Below are positions 1-12,600 of a DNA stretch of 64,000 bases, in pieces (position 1 is the first letter of the stretch; each line of letters opens with the position of its first letter). The notes under the pieces were generated by a model, which was not told the origin of the DNA, did no database searches, and was given only the letters and a program-made list of their open reading frames with translations. The position numbers were made by a program, and so were the translations under genes. Source of the DNA: Balanoglossus misakiensis (taxonomy: Eukaryota > Animalia > Hemichordata); the NCBI GenBank assembly GCA_040954595.2, contig CM082578.2, positions 1,532,831 through 1,596,830 of the forward strand, written 5' to 3'.

Positions 1-42
1 ACTTTGGAACACAATTTTAAAATTCAATTAAACACATATATA

Positions 43-207
43 CTGTAAAACGGTAAACTTTTGCAACATGAAATTTTCGCGTTCTTGTATTTCACTGCAT
101 CATTATCCCTGAAAAACATTTTTATGCGACTTTTTATTTTTTACCCTTTGATGGCTCTCGCATAGTTCACGAAAATTTATCATTTGCGAAAATTTCCCGT
201 TTTACAG
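43..207. mobile_element. Tc1/pogo-type MITE (TA TSD, ctgtaaaacgg ends)
   Basis: ta-ctgtaaaacgg...cccgttttacag-ta; related copies at about 253-448, 3280-3487, 4830-5020, 9731-9860, 13067-13274, 13860-14035, 21576-21765, 26109-26316. Confidence 0.75.
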
Positions 208-252
208 TATTTGAGTAGCTGTTACAGTAGGAAATGCAACAAGGATTGAATA

Positions 253-448
253 CTGTAAAACGGGACATGATAATTTTTCGCAAACTACGTGAGAGCCAAA
301 AAACATGAAAATAAAGAGTCGCATAAAATGTTTTTTTCGGAGATAACTATGCAGTAAAATATGACAATGTGAAAATTAATTGTCGCGTAACAGTAGCCAC
401 CTTTGATATCGCGAAAATTTCCTGTTGTGAAGATTTCCCGTTTTACGG
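253..448. mobile_element. Tc1/pogo-type MITE, inverted copy of the same family
   Basis: tactgtaaaacggg...cccgttttacggta; interior is the reverse complement of the 43-207 family. Confidence 0.72.
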
Positions 449-487
449 TATCTACAATGCATGCTTTATTTGTCTTTGTTTCTGAAG

Positions 488-671
488 GTATACAACGGTA
501 CTGAGAGTGATGATGATGTCATTATTGGTCCATGGAGTGGCAATTCTGATGAAGTCATTGATGGCACATTGCCACCACCCGATTGCCGTACAGACATTGG
601 ACACTTTTCGGTTGTGTTCAGGAGTAGTAGAACACGACCAGCTAAAGGATTCAGGGCGTCATTTTCACCAG
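488..671 (+). CDS. Exon: C-terminal half of a CUB domain
   Basis: VYNG...IGPWSG...FSVVFRSSRTRPAKGFRASF; ctgaag| acceptor and |gtatac donor. Confidence 0.75.
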
Positions 672-3600
672 GTATACATAACTTACTAACATTTCAGAAA
701 AGGATGTTACAGAATTCTTAGAAACACGCACTCCCTTTATTCCTTATGATTTAGAGTCATTAAGTGAAAGGTGGAAAGATTTTTGAATATGCTTCGTTCA
801 TTCTAAGAATGATCTAATTTCAGGGACTTGTGGATGAATTGTAATGTTTATAATCTTTACGGCCCTGATACGGGTTTTGTGGCCCGAGGTCGTACGGCGG
901 AAGCGCCCGACCGCAGGGAGGGCGGGAATCGACGTACGACCGATGGCCGCAAAACCCGTATCAGGGCCGTAAAGGTTTTATCATATGCCTTATTGAACGA
1001 TAATCTACAAGAAACTAATAAAATACACATTCTGTAATATTTTGGAATGTAAATATTATGTGTTTATTATGTAAATATTATCTATCGTTTTGGAATGATC
1101 TATCCCGTAGCATAGAGGCGCATTCCTCCAGTTCTTGCGGATTGATATGCACGATGTCATTTGTTTATATTCTATTGCACGTGAGATATAGACGCGCTCG
1201 AACTCACAGAGCCGAGCGCGAGCAAAACATTATTTTTTCTTTGCGACGATCGACGCCGACAGTCACACATTAATCAAATCAAATCATCAATTTGACTATT
1301 CATATTTCCAAATAATGCTCTACAACATGCAGCGATTACGGGAGATGATGGGATTCGGTAGCGGCATAGGACATACACACACTGCAAGTGCACTAGTCAC
1401 TGACACCGCACCAGAAAAATTTAATTCCGAACGTAGCAATGACAACTTTCGAATCTCGCGCAATAAACACAAAACTAGATCCGGATATTGAACGCGTCTT
1501 CCAAATATGGTCACCGGGCCGGGGCGTGATAAGCAAAAAAACTGCAGGGATGTGAGGGCGCTTTTCCCCATAGACTTTACGTGGGCACGTGAATATATAT
1601 TTTAATGTGTGTGTTCTTGTTTTTTACTTCTCTTGCTGTGTTTTTATGGGCTACGAGCCTGAAATAAAGATTATTATTATTATAGGCATATGATAATAAA
1701 CATACAAATGCGGCACGACGACCCCTCACATTTATGAGTCAAAGTATTTGTCTGCATGCATTCTTATCATTGTGATCCTTGTTCTGACAGACTGTCCCGA
1801 AATTGTGATTGGTGAGGGCGTGGTGACCAGTACAGATGATAGAAGCTATGATGTCACTGTCTCATTCCAATGCTTGGATGGTTATCAGAAAGTGTCTGGT
1901 ACTGTCTCTTCTCTCTGGAAACTGGAATGAAGAGGATCCTCTCAAGTTACCAGCATGTCAAAGTAAGGCAATAGTGCACTATTCTTCGATATCAAATAAC
2001 GTCAGACGCAGTTCCGTTGGCATTCAAATTTCCAGATGACGGGCAACATCAACAACTTGGTGCAGACAAAGACAGTGCAGATGAAACGCCATGAGGCTGA
2101 TGAGGCACCATACCTGATACATGTTACGTGTCTGGTAGTTCTAAAGTAAAAACATACTCGGAAAAACTTTTACTGGATGCCGAAATATTGTTTGCCCGTC
2201 ATCTGGAAATGACAACACCGTGGGTCACATGGCCAGATCACGTGATTGATAGTAAAGAATTGGTAGGACCGAATCCAGTAGAAGGGGTCCAGCTAATTTC
2301 TACATAATTTGGTAGCTTTGAGGTCACTCTTTCAGAAGAAAAAAAAACATTATTAGAAACCCATTGCCTGTTGATTTCCAGTGCGTAAACAAGCCTACAT
2401 TTCCTGTTCCACAGTTCAGTCAAGTTTAGGAGAAAACTAAAGTCGTCTCAATGTGAACTGTAACTCATGTAGGAATTAATGACTTCTCGTACAGGTGTCA
2501 TGTTGTTTGTAGCTATAAAATTTCTGTGATGGGAATTAATGTGAAGATATGATTCAATCTAACTTATATTTTATGAACATTTAAAGGGACAAAGTCTCAC
2601 TCACTGCCCTTTTCCATGAATTATGTTTGATACAAGACACCGTTTATGTTATTCTACATGTGGGTATACATGTATAGTGAATCAACGTTCGACCACACAC
2701 AACTTCCATACTGTTGAGTAATGAGAGTAAAAATCTCGCCAAAATGAGTAAATGGTAGAGACCGATTATTCATTTTGGCGAGTTTTTCACTCTTGTGTCT
2801 ATAAATGGGATGGAATTTGTGTGTGGTTGAATGTTGTTTCACTATACCATGGTGTCTTGTATCAAAGATAATTAATGAAAAAGGGGCAGCGAGATAGACT
2901 TAATTTGTCCCTTGAATCTATTGTTAGTAACAACTTGAATGACACTAATTTGTTGTTTATTTTTTAGGAATAACATGTGGTGGACCCCCTGAGTGCAGCA
3001 ATGGAATTCTTACCAATGTTACCAGTACAGTGTATGGTGGAATTGCTTATTATCAATGCATTGAGGGCCATCAGTTTATAAATAATGTGACTTCATTGGA
3101 ATGCCAAGCAGATGGTGTCTGGGGTCCGCTTGTGCCCCAATGCGAGCGTAAGTTGATATTTTTGAAAACAATTAAACTGTCATTGTAGTGCACACGTAGG
3201 AGATGGATTTTACAGGGTATATTGGCCTACTGTTTGGAGTAGAACAAAACATTGCATTTGGTACAGAGAACAAAAAATACTCTAAAACAGGTTATTTTCG
3301 CAACAGGAAATTTTCGCAATATCGAAAGAGGCAACTGTTATGCGAGGATTAATTTTCGCGTTTTCATATATCACTAACTGCATTGTTATCTCTGAAAAAC
3401 ATTTTACGCGACTTTTTATTTTCATGTTCTTTGGCTCTCGCGTATTTCGCTGAAATGTTTTGCTCGCGAAAATAGCCCATTTTGCAGTACTTAAAATAAA
3501 GCCAATTACAAGTTACTGTAGCTACATGTAATGTCCCTTTAAACTTTTTTCCTAGTAGTAACACGCTTGTGATGTTATCTGTTCATCTTACCCAAACAGC

Positions 3601-6600
3601 TCGTGAGTGTCCACCACCGAATGTAGACAACTACTTATCTTATGAAATTGTTAATGGTGATTCATTGGTTTTTGGAACAACCATTGCCTACTCATGTCCA
3701 TCTGGCTACAGTCTGACTGGCTACACTGTCTCTACATGTGGTGAAGATGGATCTTGGATTGGAGATCCAGGATACTGTCAACGTAAGTCATTTAAGGACA
3801 TGTACGTTCACTAAAATTGAAAGTATGGTCATTTCTTTTAATTGTTGATTTTTGGATTCGCCTTTGTATGTATAATGAAAATCAGTAATGAAATATACGG
3901 GTCACCGTGCTTGTTTTTGAAATACAGAGCCATGAATTCAGTCGATAATAGAAGAAAAGGAGTCTATGGTATCTGGACTTTTATAGTGGGAACTTGGGGT
4001 GAAAAGGTTAAAGTTGTTTCACAATACAGGTACCTGATACATACCGGTATACCACAACCAAGTCTGAATCCACATAATCCATTAAGATGTTTTATTTTTT
4101 TTTACTTGCAGGATTAAACTGCAGTGACATACTCATAACAGACCAACATTTACAAGCTGTCCCAGATAGTGGACCATATTATATGGGCAGCAACATCACA
4201 TTCTATTGCGATGCTGGCTATGAATTAAATGGTGCTGATTATCTGACATGTCAATCAGATTTACAGTGGAATGATGCAATACCATCATGCATTGGTAAGT
4301 TCACATCATGATTGGTCTTCATGTGGTTGTCTGCTTATTAGGCCAAAAAAAAAGGAAATGTTTCTGGTCAGACCCTTCTTTAAAAACTGGTGGGGGGACG
4401 CAAATTTAAAAAATAAAAATTTCTCTCAAGGGAAGAAGGACGGTCAGTTTTATAGTTTTTATCAATATAGTCACATGTACACTGTTCATGCAGTCATTGA
4501 TTACACGCCCCAAAATGTCCAGTGATTTATATCTAGTTGAAGCAGTTTGAGTTTGCCGTGGCCGCCACCACAAACCAGGAAAAAAATGGGGGTGACACGC
4601 TGTTATTCAAGTGACCCACGCGCTGACCAGAAACATTTCATTTTTTGGCCTGAGTTATTGTAATCACTCCAGTAATTCGACTGCTCCATTAGTTTGACCA
4701 CCCACTAATCTTTGGATAATTAATTATTCTACAACCTCCAATTGTTCGACCAGTACGTGACTGCATAATTCCCCCACCCCTCACCCCCACCCCCGGAGTT
4801 TTAATATCCTCATATAAGTGCCCTTTATCGCTACAGGAAATTTTTGCGACCGGAAATTTTCGCGATATAAAAAGCAGAAACTGTTACGAGACGATTAAGT
4901 TTCATGTTCTCGTATTTCACTGCATTGTCATCACTGAAAAACATTTTTAAGCGAATTTTTATTTTCACTACGTCTTTTTTGGCTCTCTAGCGTAAAAATT
5001 TACTGTTTGCGAAAATTTCCCGTTGGTCTAATACCCAGCTAAACTTGTTGGTCCGAATTTTCCCCTTGGACCTCTGGGATTTTGATCATATCTTGATGAA
5101 TAACATTTCAGATATCAATGAATGTAGTACATTGGTGGCACCATGTGGAATCAATCAAGTCTGTGAAAATAGAGATGGTGACTATCAGTGTGCATGTCTG
5201 GTGGGATTTGAACCGGATGTGAATGGAACAGCATGCAAAGGTGAGACATAACCAGTCACATACAACGTAACTTCAAGTCACTATTCACATTTAACACATT
5301 CCAAACTATCTGGATAAATTTTCAGAATTTCCTTGTAATTTTAAATTTTCTTCAACAGACATATTAACCCTGTGCCGTCTACAGCGCCCTCAGATGTCCC
5401 ATACGGGAGAAACCACAGCGTCTGTACACGTCCGATGATTCCAGAACATCGGGCGATTCAAAAAGTGTGGGATACGTAACGGTTTCTTGTGAAATACGTG
5501 TTATCTTTTTCTAATGACGTATTAAACATATGATAGGCTCTCATTTCCCGCCAAGAAAATATCATGTGATCATTTGACCTTTTGCCGTTATCAGCGATTT
5601 AATCTCAAGGGACGCTACAGGATGCTGCCGATTATTTTTAGTTAATTTATTCACGACATTTGTTGACAGAACTGACTTGACCTACCTCGAATTTTGTGAG
5701 AAAAATTGTGGCATATGCCGAAATAATTTGATTTTTCTTAAGGATGACGATTGGGAAGAATTTTTAGGACTAAAAAATGTTGAAACTGCTAGCGGTTTTG
5801 ATGAACATGAACGGGAATGGGAAGTTTTGAATTTTGAGGCTGCGGCCGTTGAACTTTCACCGGAAGCACCGGGCGACTTGCGCAACGTTCGTTGGTAATA
5901 TCGGAGATTTAATTTTATTAAATTATCACTGTTTTTTCGGAATCTGGTCCTAACCATTGTTTGGAAATAGGTACCCATTTTTTGGCAGTTGATTGCCCAG
6001 AATTTTATGAAGCATCTTGCCAACGAGATCGTGCTACACAATGTCAACAAGTCCACGCTGCTGACTCGAATCTAAAATCAAGGCTGATGAAATATACGGG
6101 AGTTTTAATATTGACGTGAATATTTTTATACGTGTTCGCTGTTTTCCACACGTCAAATTAGTTCACTGGTGACAGATTTCAAGTACCAGGCATCGCTAAG
6201 ATCATGCTAATGAGCAGATACAAAAAACTTTGCGAGTATTTTCCATGTAAACAACAATGACCTTGTTTCGACCTGAGGTGACCTGATCGTGATCGCGTGT
6301 TCAAAATCCGGCCCCTGTTAGAGATCGTTCATTTATCATTTCTAGCCAAGTTTTATGCATTTTAGGAGCTGTCCATTGATCAGGCTACGGTGTAATTCAA
6401 AGAAAACGGCCATATGATATAAATGCCTGTAAAACCAGTCGAGTGGGAGTTCAATGCGTATGCATTGCAATGAACATAGTTGCATGTTATCATACCGGCT
6501 ACTGCTTGAGCGCGAGCAGTTCAGCTGACTGGCAACTGACATAAATGTCATGTTACAACACAGAAGGGTAAAAGGGATAACAAAAACTATAATAAATAGT

Positions 6601-9600
6601 ATAAATAAGACAACCAGACTCTATATTTTGTTCATGTTGATTCCAAGACAAACTGTAGTTGCTGAACAAAAAAAATAAAATTTTCTCTAAACCGTGTTCC
6701 AGAATATTCAGTAAGGTAAAATGTAGTGGAATTTTTATATTTTCATAATCATTTTAGCATCATTTGAGAGCCCATTTTTTTAGCTTTCATATGGAAATAT
6801 GTTGCTATAGTCAATTTTTAGCTCAATTTTGGTTATATTGAAGAAAAGAAATCACTGTCAGTCATTGAATAATATTTTCTAATTTGAGTGGAAAGTTCTG
6901 GTCTCCACTGTGCATTGTTATGCAAATGAGCTGGGCTGCATAGGGTTAAAGTGTTGCCATCACCTTGACACAACTTTATCATAATTTATCTTTTAAGTTC
7001 ATTCACAACCTAAAAACAGTCATTTCCTGGAAATGTTCATCTGTTTTCTCTAAAATATCAGCTGAACTGTTTTGTAGAAGGAAATGTTCAACTAATTATT
7101 TCACAGATTTTTTTTCTCCCAAAAATTGCTGAATTTTTCACTGATTTCCCCCCCCCCCCCTAAATTCAGCTGAATTTTACACTGATCAGACACTTTTGGA
7201 AAGGTGTGGCACAAATTACTGAACGTACATCCTTAATGCAATTTTTTAATCCAACCCATGTTCCTTCTTTACTACTTTGTAGATATAAATGAATGTGCTT
7301 CACATTCTTTTGATCAACTTTGTGAAAACACTGCAGGTGGTTTTCAATGTTCCTGTGAAGAAGGCTATCTCTTATATGCAAATAACGGCACAGGTGGATT
7401 CTATCTACCACCTGGAGAAACTGGTCTCTCAATGTATGATGTCTACACTTTTAACCAATCATGTGTTCGTAAGTATCATGTTAAACTATAGAGTTAAAGG
7501 TATATGATCACCCATGGAAAATTAGCTATAATAGTAACCATGGAAAATTGAAATCTAGCCAATCACAGACTTTCAGTGGGAGGTACACGTGAAAAAAGAG
7601 TGCCACGATATGTTCTTTAGAAGGCTCTAATATGCCATTTCAGCCATATATGGGCATATATAAATTGGAGGTGACTGTATACCTTTAACCAATATTTGTC
7701 ATATTATTGACCTTTATACCGCAATGAATTTGCAGCGACAAAAATTGGACAAATGGCTGAATTTCATAATTGGATTTCATAATTTTGCCGTAATTCAGTT
7801 ATGAAATGTGGAGAAACTCAGCAGACCAACTTTGCACCGTCATTATTCATTTTGGATTTGTTTCTCTCCTGCTAACAAAAGTGTGTTCTCACCTTATGGC
7901 ATGAACATGCATTGAATTCTGAGGAAAAGGGGATTAATACTTGAGTGTATTTACAAAGACAAACAAGCTCACTGGTAGCATTTAAAGGGGAAGTCCGGTT
8001 CAGCTACATAGTTGGGTAGCTTTGAGGTTATTCTTTCAGAAAAAAACATTGTGTAGAAATTATGCATAAATCAGCTGGACTGGACTTCCCTTTTAATATT
8101 TCCAAGCAAGGCAATTGGTTTACTGCAACAATTATTACTTTGAAAACACAGTGTAAAACAACAATCATGATATGAATGTTACTTTAATAGATAGTCATAC
8201 TTATATAAGCATGACTGTCTATGTTGGTCTGTAAGTTGTATTTGAAAGAAAAGTTTCATGTACGAATAGTACGAAGATTGACATTTAGTGTTCTATGTAA
8301 TGGCTATAGTTTGTCATTCTATAAAAACATATATTAATTTGTGTGTACTTCACCAATATTCTCTTCTTATTCCTAATCTTGTACAGCCGTGACGTGTATT
8401 GTACCCAACATTTCCAACCCAATCCCTATTCCAAATCCATGTGAAGGATCCCTAGTCTGGAACATAGAGGAAACTGGTGATATTCTGGTGGAGTTCAATA
8501 GCACCATTACATTCTATTGTTTGGAGGGTTTTCAACTGAATGGACAGTCCACTCTGTTGTGTACAGTGGAAGGCCAGTATGATGCGGACTTTCCAACTTG
8601 CACACGTAAGTCAATATTTTTTTTTTTAATCAGAAAACCTTGATATTATTATACATCTGGCATCGAGAACAATAGAATTTGGCGTATGGAAGTTGTGTGT
8701 GGTTGAACGTTGATTCACTACATATCCACATGTAGAATAACACAAACGGTGTCTTGTATTAAATATAATTAATGGAAAAAGGGCAGCGAGAGAGAGACTT
8801 TGTCCCTTAAAAAGTGATTACAGATTTATCCCAGGCTCTTCCTTCAACTCAACTCTACGTGTATTTTCTACAGCTGCTGTCTGCAGTGAACCAGAGAGTA
8901 TTGATCATGGCAGCTACGAGGTCAATGACCCCAACTACAACTATCAGAGTGAAGTGACCTATAGTTGTGACATTGGATACAACTTATATGGTAGCCATGT
9001 CAGAGTGTGTACCTACAGCAGTCAAGATGGTGATTACCGATGGAATTCCTCTCCTCCTGTCTGTCAACGTAAGTAACAGGAATGAATAATGCTATACCTT
9101 ATATTCCTTAGAATTCTTTTGCATTCTATAGATTGCAATACGCATTAAAGTTATGTAGCACTCTTTGATCAACAGTTGAAACTACAGCATGAGCTTTCGG
9201 GAACATGTAGTCCCCTTCTTCAGATGCACTCGTGGAAGATTCCAAGCTCGTGCTGTAATTTCAACTGTTGATCAAAGAGTGCTACATAACTTTAATGCAT
9301 ATTGTACCGAAGATCACCACGGCAAAACTCTGAATTGTCATTCTATAGATTCTATCATTTCTATAGAATTCAATAGAAACAGGCTTCAATACTTCAAAGA
9401 AAATATGTGCGCTATATAAGAACTCACTATTATTATTTCTAGGTGTTGACTGTGGTTTGTTGACTGCGATTGAAGATGGCTCATGGGAATATAGTGATGG
9501 CACTTGGTATGATAGTGTTGCTACACTCCAGTGTAACATGGCATATGAAGCACTTGGTAACACCAGGAGATATTGCACTGAAGATGGAACATGGAATGGC

Positions 9601-12600
9601 ACCAGACCAAGATGTGTTGCTCAGGGTAACGTAGAAAAGAATATTTCTTTCAGAGAAGCAATCACTTCTGTTTGATAATAGTTATACTCTGATGAAATTC
9701 ATGACATTCACACACAATGTGTTGTTTGAATACAGTGTAAAATGGGGAATTTTTGGGCCAGAAATTTTCGCAATATCAAAAAAGGCGACTGTTACACTGC
9801 GACTACTACTTTTTCACTTTCTTGTATTTCACTGCATCGTTATTTCCGAAAAACATTTTAAGCAACTTCGAAAAGTACATACAAATATATAGATGTCCAT
9901 AGAAATTATTTAAACTTATATAGAAATTCAAAAGGCTAATGAATTCTGTAGAATGATGTATATAGAATGTTTTTGTAAGGAATGACTTCTGTCTGAGTTG
10001 ATGATTTAATATTGATAAGATACTTTGCTTCTTGACCTCAGGAGAATGTCAAGATCCTGGTACACCAGTCAACGGTCAGAGACATGGCAATGATTTCGAC
10101 ATTGGTTCTATAGTGTCATTCAGTTGTGACTATGGATTCACACCAAGCCATCAAAACCCTTTGATGTGTGAAGGAGATGTTGTGACTGTGTTGCCAACAA
10201 CACCTTCTACTACAACTACTGGTGTGTATATACTGTTGTTATAAACATCGTGGTGTGCTGAAACAGTACCGTGATAACTTCTATGTTCATGTAGTGTGAT
10301 ATATGGAGAAATGGTTCAGAATGCCCGCTTCCAAAACAACAGAGAGGCTTTAAAAGCTATTTGAATGTTGAAGTGAAACTTGATAAACAGAATTCAATCA
10401 GCATAACCTCTATTGCCTCCATTGTCATAGAAACAGAAACGGTCACAGACATGTCAACTGCAGAGCTTGGGACGACAGAAATGGATGGAACTGATAGAGC
10501 GGCAACAGAAGAGGAAGAAGTGACCACATTGTGGATGAAAATCTCCACAGCAGCTGCAGACACAGATGTTATGAGAACCACCAAGAGAGCACAGACAGAT
10601 GGCATGGTAACCACAACGGCAAAAGTACACACAGATGATGTGGCAACCACGGCGACAAAAGTACACACAGATGATTTGGTAACCACGACGGCAAGAGTAC
10701 ACACTGATGCTCAAACAAGAGATGCAACAGGTACGTCAAGTACAAACATCCACTGAATATCTGAAAACAATATGACAAGTTTACTTTACAGATGTCCTCT
10801 CAGTGGAAGTGAAAGTATCTCATTTCTTTTAATTGTGGATTTTTGGTTTCTCATTTGTTAGCATAATGAAAAGCTGTATAATACAGGGGTCACCATGCTT
10901 GAATTTAGTCATGGCCTTGTGTAGTTGAAAAACAAACAAACAGCTGAGTCAGCATTTCTTCACCCAAAAACATTTAACGATATTTATCTCTGAATAGACT
11001 GTGGTGACCATACAATTTTATTTGACCAATGAATTTATTTTCATTTAACTGAGCTAAATTGTCATGAAAATGACAATAGTAGTGAGTTTATATCAATCTA
11101 ATCCCATGCGAAGAGACAAATGTGCACGAATTTGCGCAGTTTACAAGTTTACGTTCTGTGTGTACATCAGTAATAGGTTGTGTAGCAAAATGTAGCAATA
11201 ACATCCAAATTCCATTCCAGTCAAGTTATTTATCATATAGTTATATTAAATAATTGATATTAAATAATCATTAGTGAGATCTATGGAATCTCACATATTT
11301 TAATGCAGAATGACTTGATTTCCATATGCAGGTTATGAGGCGCCATCAACGCAGGCAATCACTGTGACTGAAAGAAAACCAACGACAGATTCAGATAAAG
11401 AATTTACAACATCTGAAACTACTAGTGCACCACTTTCAACTAAAATATCAACAACAAAACCAGTGACACCTTCTCATGATGTATCAACAGGTAATTATAC
11501 TGTGTATTCGTATAATTCGTATTCATATCAGTATTTGTCCTTTTTTGCCACAATTTAAGAAAGGAATATATTTTGTGGCAGAGAAATGGTAAATACTTAA
11601 TACCGTATACCAGTATATCTAATTTTTTACATTGGCAATATGGAGCAAGAAACATAGCATGCGCTAGTCAAGTCTTGCCCCATTGTCACATATATAGTAA
11701 TATACATTGCAATTACTGAACAATATTATGGCTTCTGCTGAATGTGTGTGTGTACCGATAAACTGTGCATATTGACTGGCAGTGAGGGCAACAGCATACA
11801 TTTGTTTCCCTAAGGGACTGTGAGTCAACCCAGAACAGTCTGTTTCTAGAGGCTGAAGGCCGATGGAAACAGATTGTTTTGGGGGTAATTTGCATTCCCG
11901 AGGGGACACAAACGTATGCTGTTATCCGAACATGGCTAGTCGATATGTGTTTCATTATCAGAAAGCAGCACAAATCAGGAAATTTCTCTGCTGTACATCA
12001 TCAATTGGTCTTCATTGTAGATGATATATCACCACTGTACAAGGTCCCATACCTGTAAATAAATGATAAAAGCTTACACACAAACACATTTCACCAGATT
12101 AGAAAATGTACCACACAAACCCATTTTAGGATATTAACTCTTCTTGCAGCAAAGAATATCTTGCTTGTGTTGTTGATTTTACAGTCAGTAGAGATTGTGG
12201 AACCTTTGAGACTTTTGTAAACACATCTTGTGAGAAGTACATTGAGACACCAACTGATGGTACCTGTTCATTTGGAACATTCTACACAAGTATGGTTGCT
12301 GGTATGGCCAATTTTCAAGATTCACATGTAAGTATAAAGTTAGTTCTTGAAAGTCAATGTACCGCTAAATGTTTTGCTCCAGTGTCAATACTGACCAGAT
12401 TGTCTCCAATTTCTCATTGTGATTTGTAACATTGTTATGAATTATTTTATTTTGTCTTGTTTTGTGTGTTGCACTGTATTTTTTTAAATTTCTCACCCAA
12501 GATTGATATAATCACTAAATGTACTTGAAAAAAACTGCATACTGTAGTATTTCCAGTGTTGTCTAAAGGAGTTTTTTGGTTTGTGTAATTGCAGGTTTGC

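Noticed and set aside
2097-2200. Second hammerhead (ctgatgag...ccgaaa)
   Set aside because: Stem I cannot form next to the core; only a short inverted repeat is supported.
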